Virus record (IMG/VR): IMGVR_UViG_3300007734_000510
Span: 1 to 25,382 of that record
DNA length: 25,382 bases
DNA from: a virus
Taxonomy: Duplodnaviria > Caudoviricetes
Reading direction: 5' to 3' (one strand)
Shown here: piece by piece, positions 15,701 through 22,650 of the stretch
How the letters are laid out: each line of letters starts with the position of its first letter
Position numbering within the stretch: the stretch's first letter is position 1
Position numbers and translations under genes: made by a program
The notes under the pieces: model-generated
Database searches by the model: none
What the model saw: only the letters and a program-made list of their open reading frames with translations
What the model was told of the DNA's origin: nothing

Positions 15701-18700
15701 GACGTATGGGGAAATCCTCAATCGACTGGAAGCAGGTGAAATCGGTGCGCGTCAGCGGGGTGAAATTCGTACCCTCCGTGCCACAGAGGAAGCCGTTGCC
15801 AGAGCCGGTCGTTTGCCTGAGCGATTGCAGGGCATATTGGGCGCTCCTGCGCCACGAGCGGCGGCAAGGGCTGCTGCGGTAGCACCTGCTGCGCCAGTCG
15901 CTCCTGCGACTCCTGCGGCCCCTGCCCCTGCTGCACCTACCGCCACACGACCCCAAGACTTCGATGTCGGTCTCCTTGCGGGGGCTGATGTTCGCGAGTC
16001 GCGTGTACGCAATCCTCAGATTGACACGCCACAGTTTCAACGGTTTATCAAAGACAGCAAAGCGGTTGATGAGTCCGGAGAGCCACAAGTTTTTTACCAT
16101 GGCACGACAAGAGATATTGATGTATTCAGGCCAAAGCCGGGACACAAACTAATATTTATTTCTCCAGATCCTAACTTTGCATCTCGTTATGCTGCGAATA
16201 ACATGCTTTTCTTTCAGCCGCCACGAGATATGCAAGATGTTGACTGGGCAGAAAGGCAAATAGCAAATGCACAATTTGGTGATCAAACCAGATCGCCTGC
16301 CATTTACCCTATTTATGTTAACGCAAAAAATCCGTTTGACTTTCAAAACAAGTCCCACATTGCTCAACTGGAAAAAGATCTTCCCAAAATACTTTCCAAA
16401 TCAACCCCTTCAAGAGGCGCATATACAAAAGCAGAAATAAGAAAAGCCATTGATGAAATAAAGAAAGGTCGATGGGCATACATTGAAGATGTTGCAGAAA
16501 ACACGGACTTCTTTGAAAGGTCTGGTTACGACTCTATTTATGTAGAAGAGGCTGGCGTTAGAAACCTTGCTGTCTTCAGCCCAAACCAGTTGAAGTCCGC
16601 CGTTGGAAACGTTGGCACATTCGACATCACTCGTCCGAGCATTCGGGAGTCGCGTGTACCTAGAGAAAAGACCTTAGAAGAACTTGAGGCGGAAATCGCA
16701 GCACTTGACGCAGCGGAAGCAGCAGAGCGTGAGACAGTATCGGAAGTAGAAAGTTTTGCGAGACGTTCTGCACAGTTTGCTTTTGACTTTCAAAAAGACT
16801 ACAGCGATCTTCAAGACAGCATAGATTCTAGTAGAGACAACGTCCGCGAAACTCTAAAGGAAAATCCTTTTGGACCGAACTCAACTAGGTATGAAGAGCA
16901 GGCATTTTCTGCTTACGATGCAGAGGTTGAAAGACTAAGGCAAAAAGGAAGGGCTGCTCCGAGCATTCGGGAGTCGCGCAGACTTCAAACGACTCCCATC
17001 CAAAGCGCACTGGACCTTGCCCGTCGCAAGTACGCAGATTATTCGACTGCCTCCGAAGAGGAATTCTTCGGTCGCTTCTGGCCCACCCTGTTGTCCACTG
17101 TCAGGGGAACTGTTGCTCCCACTAACAGCAACATTCGCACTGCGGCTAAACGTGCGATCCGTGACATGGACCAGTGGCTGAAGGACAACCCACGGTTCCG
17201 GGACTACTACAACAACGACATGGCAGCGACCAAGCGGGTTCTTGAATCTGCTTATGGTCCGCTGAGTGACGAAGACTTCCTGTATTACCGGATTGCAAAC
17301 GGTCTCACTTCACCTGCCACAAAACTTCCGTCCAATGTGGGCGATGCGCTGCTTGTCTTTGACCTTTGGAAGAACAGAGGGAATCTTGACGACATCAAGA
17401 TGGGACTCAGCGCCAAGGGCAATGTCGTTATTGACGAATCTCCGATCAGTATTTCTGGAACCACTGGTGCCAACAAAGCCAGATCGCTCAAGATCATTGA
17501 TCGTTTGATCCGTGAAAAAGGCAGCATCAACAATGCAGTCAACTTCCTGAAGGAAGGCGTCACGGTCAAAGACCTTCATGCGTTTAACCGTGAGATGGGA
17601 TACAAGGGTAACGCAAGCGACATTGGCGCTATACAAGACCTTGTTGAAATGGCGACGGGTCAGCGCGATTTGATACCAAGGATGTTTATCTTTGGTAAAA
17701 AAGTTGGCGCATACACTTTGAACATGGCGGGTGACTCGCGCTACAATACGATTGACGTTTGGGAATCGCGGTTCATCAGAAGTTATTTTGATGGACTGTT
17801 TTCTGAAAGAACTGGTCTCCCTGAAGTTGTATCAGAGGATCAACTCTTTCAGGATTTCACCAAACTATTTAAAGAGGAATTCGAAAAAGCAACTAACCAG
17901 AAATGGGATAACTCAGCACTTCAGGCAATGAGGTGGTTTTACATCCTCAACGCCGCAAGCAAAGCAGGTTATCGCGGAGCATCCACCAATGAAACGATCT
18001 CAGAATACACCCGTCGAAGCCTCCAATCCCCTAGAAAGGGCCGCGCTTATCGCAGGGGAACGGGCGATGCAGCGACTGAAAGAGCAGGCACTGTCATCCG
18101 CGAAAGCAGGATGGGATCCCAACGCACCGGAGTCGGAAGAGGACGGGCTGAGGGCAGAAGCCTTGCGCCGCTTGAAGGTGCGCCAACTGTCGAAGGGGCG
18201 TCAGGGCCAGACCCAAGATTAGTTTCGGTTGCTGAGGATTACGCACGAAAGGCGGGAATCCCATACACCCGACAGCCGCGCTACGTTGAAGTAGACAAGG
18301 GTCGTGCCAAGCGAATTGCTGATGCCTATGAGGCGATGCAGCACTCGCCCAATAATCCTGCGGTTAAACAGGCTTACGATGATCTGATGCGTCAGGTCAT
18401 GGACCAGTACAACTCACTGGTCGATGCCGGGTATACCTTCACATTCTTCGATAGCAAGACTGATCCTTATGCGGGTAACCCATGGAATGCCATGCGTGAC
18501 CTGCGCCAAAACCAAAGGATGGCGGTCTACGGAACCTATGATGGTTTCGGTACCGAAGGACTTACCACAGGGGCTGTTCAAAACAATCCTCTGCTGGCAG
18601 ATACCGGACTGCGGTGGCCTGATCAGAATGGCGATGAACAAATCGTCACCGGCAATGATCTTTTCCGTGCAGTTCATGACGCATTTGGTCACGGGTTAGA

Positions 18701-21700
18701 AGGCGCAGGGTTCCGGGCAAGAGGTGAAGAGAACGCATGGCAGGCCCATGCTCGTTTGTTCACCGGCCCCGGCCTTGGTGCATTGACTTCAGAGACACGC
18801 GGCCAAAACAGTTGGTTGAACTACGGTCCCTACGGCGAAAGAAACAGAAACGCCAAAGTAGAGGACACCGTATTCGCTGAACAAAAGACCGGCTTAATGC
18901 CTGAGTGGACATGGCAGGAGGGGCTTGATGTAGCCCCCACCGTGGAACCCATTTCGCGTGAAGCCCCGCGCCCTCAGGCGCAACTTGACGATGCAGTCGC
19001 CAAGGCTGAAGCAGATGTTGCTTCAACGCCCACGATGGCAGTGCCGCTCTACAATCCGGGTGCTTCACCTGAAGCCCTGTATGTCGCGCAGAATCCTGAC
19101 CAAGGATTGAAACTTACACCGGAAGAGAACATCCGATACTCGCGCAGGAATCAGCCGCAGTATCAGCCGGGTGTTGAGCAGATTCTGGACAAGTTGACGC
19201 AAGACCCACCGGCCCAGACTCCGGCGCAGACGGTCATCAATTCGATGCGGTTGCCGCCGTTCCGCGACACCATCGACAAGATTCGCCAGAACCTAATCTT
19301 CAACTACTCACGGTTGGAGTTCTATCGAAAGAACCACCCGTCGTTGATGCATCAGACTGCGGCCACTGGATCACTTGAAGCGGCAGAGTTTGCGGATCGC
19401 TCTAAGGCGATCTTCGCATCTGCTGTGAGAAGCGGTGTCCCCGTCTACGAGAACGGGGGTTTCACAGTGAAGCCGTTCGTTCACAACGGTCGCGAATACA
19501 AGAACGGTCTCATTGATGTACTGGCTCCGCTTTACAACAACCCGTATGGGGTGAGCCTTGAGAGACTGGCACAGGCGTATGCCATTGCCCGTCGCGGTGA
19601 GCGTTTAACCAGAGAGGGGAAGGTGGTTCCGGGTGACCCGGCAGACTTCCCGCAGTTGTTGGCTGAGGTGCGGCGGTATACCAATCCTGAGACAGGCAAC
19701 TCCATCATCGAAGACTGGTTCGATACATGGCAGGCGTACAACTCCAACACCATCAAGTTCCTGCGCGACACGGGAATGATCGATGACGCAGGCGCACAGT
19801 TGTGGCTGAACCAGTCCGACTATTTCCCGTTCTATCGCACTGACAAAACGGGCAAGGACATCTCTCACCCAAGAGTCTTTGGTGGCCTCACTTCAGCGAC
19901 CAACCTCAAGGCTTTGAAGGGTGGAGAAGAGGCCATCAATGTTCCGCTCATGGAAGCCATCCTGACGAACCTTGATTCGGCTATCGCGATGGGCATGAAG
20001 AACGTGGCCCAGCAGAGAATCGTTCGCGACATGATCAACATTGGTCTGGGTCGTATGGTTCAGCCGGGTCAGAACATCGAAGGACAACCTGCGGTCACCT
20101 TCAAGATCGGTGGCAAGAAGTATGCTGCGTTCATCGATGACCCGTTGGTGTTCCAGTCCATGCAGACGGTACCCGAAGTCGAGATGGACGGTCTCTTGGG
20201 GAACCTATTCCGGACACCGGCTGTGGTGTTGCGTGAACTGATTACCCGTGAACCGGGATACATGGTCGCGAACATGCTTCGCGATACTGCCTCTGCTGCG
20301 CTGACCACCGGAGCAAACATCATCCCGGTGGTGGACACAGTGCGTAACTTCTCGCGAGGTCTTGAGAACCTTCAGAAGGTTGGCGTTGTGGGCGGCTATG
20401 ACTTTGCCCGTGACCCACAGGACATCGTAAAGTTCCTCTCTGATGAAGCCCGTCGCGTAGGCCACGAGTTCCCGGTACGCGAAGAGACCAAGTGGGATCA
20501 GTTTGTAAACTCGCGCTACCTGAGACCGCTTACTGGCGCGTGGGACATGTTGGGCAGAATCTCTGACAAGTCAGAAGCCGCGACTCGCAATGCGGTTTAC
20601 GAGGATACCTTGGCCCGTACTGGTGACTGGGTGCAAGCCGCGTATGACGCACTGTCTGTAATCAACTACGGACGGCGTGGACGGAACCCGCAGTTGCGTT
20701 TAATCACTGCAACTGTGCCGTTCTTGAATGCTCGTATCCAAGGTCTGGATAAACTCTATCAAGCGGCCATCGGACAAACGGGTGCATTCCCTGAGCGTCG
20801 GAAGAACATCCTGCGCTTTGTGACTCGTGCAGGCTTGATGGTTGGATTGACTGGCCTCTACTACGCCATGATCTCTGACGATGAGTTGTACGAGAACGAG
20901 AATCCTGAAGTCAGGGACAATTACTACATTCTGCCCATCAAGAAAGCCGACCTTGCCAACAAGGAACCGGGCTTCGCAGTCAAGATTCCGATTCCGTTCG
21001 AAGTGGGTGTTCTCTTCAAGACCATCCCTGAGCGGATCATGGATTCCTACTACAAGGATGCTCCAGCCAAGGACTTGCAGAACACACTGACTCGTGCGGC
21101 GACCAGCACCTTTGCGTTTAACCCGATCCCGCAGACTGTGTTGCCGATCTTCGAAGTGGTTGCCAACTATGACTTCTTCACCGGTAGAGCCATTGTTCCG
21201 CAGTACATGCAGAACAGGGACGCTATCGCACAGGCGCGGTTTGGCACCAACGAACTGGCGCGTATGTTGGGCGAAGCGACCGGCATATCGCCGCTGAAAC
21301 TGGATCACATGATGAACGGCTATCTGGGTAGCCTTGGCACCTACACTTTGGATGTCGTGGACAATGTCCTTCGTGACAACGACCGCGCATACCCAGAGCG
21401 TAAGTGGTTTGAGTATCCGTTCGTGCGTCGGTTCTTCACGACTGCCATGAGACCGGGGTTACAGGAACAGTTCTATGAACTGGATAACCGTGTAAACGGT
21501 GTGGTCCAGAGCATGAATGCCCTGAAGAAAGAAGGTCGCGCTGATGAACTCCAAGCCTACGTCATGGAGAACCAGAACATTCTGGCGCTCAAGAAGGGCG
21601 TGAGTGTCCTCGACAAGATGGTAAGCAACTATCGGGATCAGAAGAATGCGATCCTGAGAATGGACATCGATCCTGAGGAGAAGCGGCGTATCATCGATGA

Positions 21701-21788
21701 ACTGGATCGCGGTATCGCGTTGCAGTTGAAGGTGATCCCAGAACTCAGGAGATTGGCTTACCGTGAGCCGGACGAAACACGAGAGTGA
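12795..21788 (+). CDS. Giant polyvalent ejection protein: Gly/Ala-rich membrane segment, HExxH metallopeptidase, ART, unknown domain, HhH glycosylase-like domain, HDxxGH domain, LPD38
   Basis: 2997-aa uninterrupted ORF with the domain motifs listed in the sub-features. Last and largest gene of the ejection cluster. Confidence 0.85.
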   Translation: MPTYRVTDSVSGVTLDLTGDSPPNEQELQDIFRGYKPPEAPKPEEQSALRQVADVPLQFGTGVAQGVRFITDAFGADNAVSENIRGVEDYLSNLLSAQAKQDQQEVARIFQDAQDKGLGEQLGAGLRALAVSPVDFLAQGLGTAVPTIAGGLAGAALKGGTLAARAATASAVGTGIGTVGGAGITKSTIYDEVKRELEAAGVDPETADERAKLAQEYGGENLDQILLGAGLGGLAAGTGLEKVLASRILKNAGIVPKSIKTAAFAGAKEAAPEFVQAAQEQIAGNVALQREGFEDIPTLRGVASAAALEGSLGFLLGAGVDVALPAQQQQEYDAARANITNEVDRQREAALREQETIDAQKFIAALNAENKRRQQGQADQVNLDAEAANIRARAGEIAPPTQDEVNTLATPMRGPDVSNDVQFGVAYGQKIARELGDYFPNFGQFAVTQGETIRNEAGETQPTFTIIDSEGKRYGQPLTTFEQANATAYSLNKEVLNQNVRGAILNSLETSSQAYDPETTQRLFSYGYRTLNPDANTFSTVAINEAAKTVGPQYAEALSWRQVEALPEVKDRRGRRIGYQYTIEGQPPRTIIGLTKAQELNKMRSQEGKPESNTFSLQETKSALGKSFAAITKDVPIDPKIGKQGAINQIKSLLQSKNVISEIDSPEVNALAKGLTGKSSVNDMDYGDIRLFYKKLADLPRFENETRLPEFTFKPYNRENFVKASKFIQQSNAQGVKPTQDQIIEAAGISKDDPKIDEKITALQADLSKQGVKNEPKPVLALPAPPGGTIDLEPLRKALRANLKGFGLQDVGLSLERNLIKPTGEIVQEGTEGMFIPAMRRVFLAVDRIDPDGSLTPEQRLNALSEIMDHEVIHAARFMDLWKPNEWSNLERTIAKIKKPGTDQSYLQIAQQGYADQNTVVQIEEAVADMWRDYRAKRLKVAGKPQNLLERLAQFFQRLRSALAGTGFQTYGEILNRLEAGEIGARQRGEIRTLRATEEAVARAGRLPERLQGILGAPAPRAAARAAAVAPAAPVAPATPAAPAPAAPTATRPQDFDVGLLAGADVRESRVRNPQIDTPQFQRFIKDSKAVDESGEPQVFYHGTTRDIDVFRPKPGHKLIFISPDPNFASRYAANNMLFFQPPRDMQDVDWAERQIANAQFGDQTRSPAIYPIYVNAKNPFDFQNKSHIAQLEKDLPKILSKSTPSRGAYTKAEIRKAIDEIKKGRWAYIEDVAENTDFFERSGYDSIYVEEAGVRNLAVFSPNQLKSAVGNVGTFDITRPSIRESRVPREKTLEELEAEIAALDAAEAAERETVSEVESFARRSAQFAFDFQKDYSDLQDSIDSSRDNVRETLKENPFGPNSTRYEEQAFSAYDAEVERLRQKGRAAPSIRESRRLQTTPIQSALDLARRKYADYSTASEEEFFGRFWPTLLSTVRGTVAPTNSNIRTAAKRAIRDMDQWLKDNPRFRDYYNNDMAATKRVLESAYGPLSDEDFLYYRIANGLTSPATKLPSNVGDALLVFDLWKNRGNLDDIKMGLSAKGNVVIDESPISISGTTGANKARSLKIIDRLIREKGSINNAVNFLKEGVTVKDLHAFNREMGYKGNASDIGAIQDLVEMATGQRDLIPRMFIFGKKVGAYTLNMAGDSRYNTIDVWESRFIRSYFDGLFSERTGLPEVVSEDQLFQDFTKLFKEEFEKATNQKWDNSALQAMRWFYILNAASKAGYRGASTNETISEYTRRSLQSPRKGRAYRRGTGDAATERAGTVIRESRMGSQRTGVGRGRAEGRSLAPLEGAPTVEGASGPDPRLVSVAEDYARKAGIPYTRQPRYVEVDKGRAKRIADAYEAMQHSPNNPAVKQAYDDLMRQVMDQYNSLVDAGYTFTFFDSKTDPYAGNPWNAMRDLRQNQRMAVYGTYDGFGTEGLTTGAVQNNPLLADTGLRWPDQNGDEQIVTGNDLFRAVHDAFGHGLEGAGFRARGEENAWQAHARLFTGPGLGALTSETRGQNSWLNYGPYGERNRNAKVEDTVFAEQKTGLMPEWTWQEGLDVAPTVEPISREAPRPQAQLDDAVAKAEADVASTPTMAVPLYNPGASPEALYVAQNPDQGLKLTPEENIRYSRRNQPQYQPGVEQILDKLTQDPPAQTPAQTVINSMRLPPFRDTIDKIRQNLIFNYSRLEFYRKNHPSLMHQTAATGSLEAAEFADRSKAIFASAVRSGVPVYENGGFTVKPFVHNGREYKNGLIDVLAPLYNNPYGVSLERLAQAYAIARRGERLTREGKVVPGDPADFPQLLAEVRRYTNPETGNSIIEDWFDTWQAYNSNTIKFLRDTGMIDDAGAQLWLNQSDYFPFYRTDKTGKDISHPRVFGGLTSATNLKALKGGEEAINVPLMEAILTNLDSAIAMGMKNVAQQRIVRDMINIGLGRMVQPGQNIEGQPAVTFKIGGKKYAAFIDDPLVFQSMQTVPEVEMDGLLGNLFRTPAVVLRELITREPGYMVANMLRDTASAALTTGANIIPVVDTVRNFSRGLENLQKVGVVGGYDFARDPQDIVKFLSDEARRVGHEFPVREETKWDQFVNSRYLRPLTGAWDMLGRISDKSEAATRNAVYEDTLARTGDWVQAAYDALSVINYGRRGRNPQLRLITATVPFLNARIQGLDKLYQAAIGQTGAFPERRKNILRFVTRAGLMVGLTGLYYAMISDDELYENENPEVRDNYYILPIKKADLANKEPGFAVKIPIPFEVGVLFKTIPERIMDSYYKDAPAKDLQNTLTRAATSTFAFNPIPQTVLPIFEVVANYDFFTGRAIVPQYMQNRDAIAQARFGTNELARMLGEATGISPLKLDHMMNGYLGSLGTYTLDVVDNVLRDNDRAYPERKWFEYPFVRRFFTTAMRPGLQEQFYELDNRVNGVVQSMNALKKEGRADELQAYVMENQNILALKKGVSVLDKMVSNYRDQKNAILRMDIDPEEKRRIIDELDRGIALQLKVIPELRRLAYREPDETRE
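15160..15770 (+). other. Zincin-like metallopeptidase domain (MPTase of polyvalent proteins); boundaries approximate
   Basis: 'EGMF', HEVIH (15402-15416, aa 870-874), distal 'IEEAVAD' (15561 on) and amphipathic helix 'LLERLAQFFQRLRSAL'. Confidence 0.8.
15991..16978 (+). repeat. Dispersed in-frame direct repeats encoding (I/V)RESR at domain boundaries
   Basis: TCCGAGCATTCGGGAGTCGCG is identical at 16634-16654 and 16958-16978. TTCG(C/G)GAGTCGCGTGTAC occurs at 15991-16008 and 16642-16659 (17/18 match). Spacings of 651 and 324 bp are both multiples of 3. Confidence 0.9.
16005..16655 (+). other. ADP-ribosyltransferase domain (ART-PolyVal-like)
   Basis: 'TPQF..F..DSK.VDE.GEP.VFYHGT', 'IFIS.....A..YA', 'IYPIYV...NPFD', 'GYDSI', 'AVFSPNQLKSA.GN.GTFD'. 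Confidence 0.85.
16980..18095 (+). other. HhH-GPD DNA glycosylase-like domain
   Basis: 'LTSPAT', 'FGKKVGAY..NM.G' (17691 on), 'TIDVWESR' (17748-17771) and 'LQAMRW' map in order onto LSxQT / GxK / VDxHxxR / QxxL(W/F) of HhH glycosylases. Confidence 0.55.
18111..18930 (+). other. Uncharacterised conserved domain with HDxxGH...GEE...H...ETRGQNSW motifs
   Basis: 'NDLFRAVHDAFGH' (HDAFGH 18675-18692), 'GEENAWQAH', 'ETRGQNSWLNYGP', 'FAEQKTGL.PEW'. Confidence 0.6.
20205..21785 (+). other. C-terminal LPD38-containing region (large polyvalent protein domain 38); boundaries approximate
   Basis: 'P.YMVAN.LRD', 'VPFLNARIQGLDK', 'RDNYYILP', 'IPIPFEVG.LFK..PER', 'NYDFFTGRAIVP', 'SPLKLDH...GYLG.LG'. Confidence 0.8.
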
Positions 21789-22215
21789 TTACATGGGCAG
21801 GGTGAAGTCCCTGTCCTGTGTCCTCTGTAGCCTCTTAGGACAGCCCCAGAGCGGCGTAACGGAGGCTCACCATATCCGCACAGGGCATGGCATGGGAGAC
21901 CGCGCCAGTGACTTCCTAACCGTTGCCTTGTGCGTGGAATGCCACCGGGGAACCCATGGCTTCCACGGAACCAAGACCCTGATGCGAATCGCCAAACTCA
22001 CTGAGATGGACTTACTGGCTGAGACTATCCGCCAGATGGACAAAAAGGAGGGGAGAGGTTATCTCCCCTCAAATAGGAATGTGATTCCACCAACTGACAG
22101 CAAACAGGAGAACGCTGTCAGCGCGGACAATATCAGGGAGGGTCAGACCATTCAACCCCGTGTTCCGCGCCGAAAGAGTAAAGCAGTTCGATCAGGTCAG
22201 ACATCTCCTGCTTAG
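21763..22215 (+). CDS. Ref-like (recombination enhancement, RecA-dependent) / DUF968-type Zn-binding HNH nuclease
   Basis: GTG start overlapping the end of the giant gene. CVLC...EAHHIR.G.GMG.RASD...ALC.ECHRG..GFHG. The last ~55 aa look non-conserved. Confidence 0.75.
   Translation: MSRTKHESDYMGRVKSLSCVLCSLLGQPQSGVTEAHHIRTGHGMGDRASDFLTVALCVECHRGTHGFHGTKTLMRIAKLTEMDLLAETIRQMDKKEGRGYLPSNRNVIPPTDSKQENAVSADNIREGQTIQPRVPRRKSKAVRSGQTSPA
22042..22070 (-). terminator. Rho-independent terminator for the minus-strand operon
   Basis: On the - strand: GAGGGGAGA-TAACC-TCTCCCCTC (9-bp stem, 22048-22070) then CTTTTT, about 60 nt after the ninB stop. Confidence 0.7.
22094..22121. repeat. 8-bp inverted repeat CTGACAGC-N12-GCTGTCAG
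   Basis: Perfect arms at 22094-22101 and 22114-22121, between the ninB stop and the terminator. Confidence 0.7.
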
Positions 22216-22462
22216 ACATCCCTGACGTAGGCTCACCCAGAAAGACCATACCGCCATCGATACCCGGCACCATTCGCTGTCTGCGGATGGCTGCGGTGAA
22301 CACCCATTTCCAGTCCTTCTTGGTCATCTTCTCGCCATGCCATTCGACCTGACGAGAGATGTCCGACAGCAATGACCACATTAGAGCGTTCTGTCCAATG
22401 GTTCTGCGGTTCTTCTTGATGACCTGCCCAATGGCAATCTCAAGTTCCGGGTCCATGGTCAC
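22133..22462 (-). CDS. ninB: NinB / lambda Orf family recombination protein (N-terminally short)
   Basis: 'RT..QNA.MW..L.DISRQVEWHG.K....DWK..FTAA', 'VPGIDGG.V.LG..TS.M...EMSDLIEL...FGAEHGV.WSD'. Confidence 0.9.
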   Translation of the reverse strand: MTMDPELEIAIGQVIKKNRRTIGQNALMWSLLSDISRQVEWHGEKMTKKDWKWVFTAAIRRQRMVPGIDGGMVFLGEPTSGMSKQEMSDLIELLYSFGAEHGVEWSDPP

Positions 22463-22650
22463 ACCGGATTGAAGGTCTCAATGATCTCCACCTCCATCAC
22501 TGTGTCGGCAGGGACCACATAAATCTTCTGGCCGTCCCGGTTCCGTACACGAATGATGCACTGCGAAACCTTGTTTTTCTCCACAAGGAACTGTGCCTCT
22601 TCTAAAGCATGGTCGATGTCAGTGAACGCCGTTCGATTTTCTATTTGCAC
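22459..22650 (-). CDS. Hypothetical protein
   Basis: 63 aa, GTG start; its stop overlaps the ninB start (GTGA). Confidence 0.65.
   Translation of the reverse strand: MQIENRTAFTDIDHALEEAQFLVEKNKVSQCIIRVRNRDGQKIYVVPADTVMEVEIIETFNPV

Noticed and set aside
15991-16978. Direct repeats read as transposon target-site duplications, intron/intein ends or a DGR TR/VR pair
   Set aside because: No transposase, terminal inverted repeats, reverse transcriptase, adenine-specific mismatches or intein C/S...HN termini. The reading frame is continuous.
18951-18971. ISREAPR as a sixth RESR-type boundary
   Set aside because: It sits at a plausible domain edge but shares only the RE core with the motif, so it was not counted.
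20700-21308. 202-aa antisense ORF, and other minus-strand ORFs within the giant gene
   Set aside because: Antisense to the well-supported LPD38 coding region, with no recognisable motifs.
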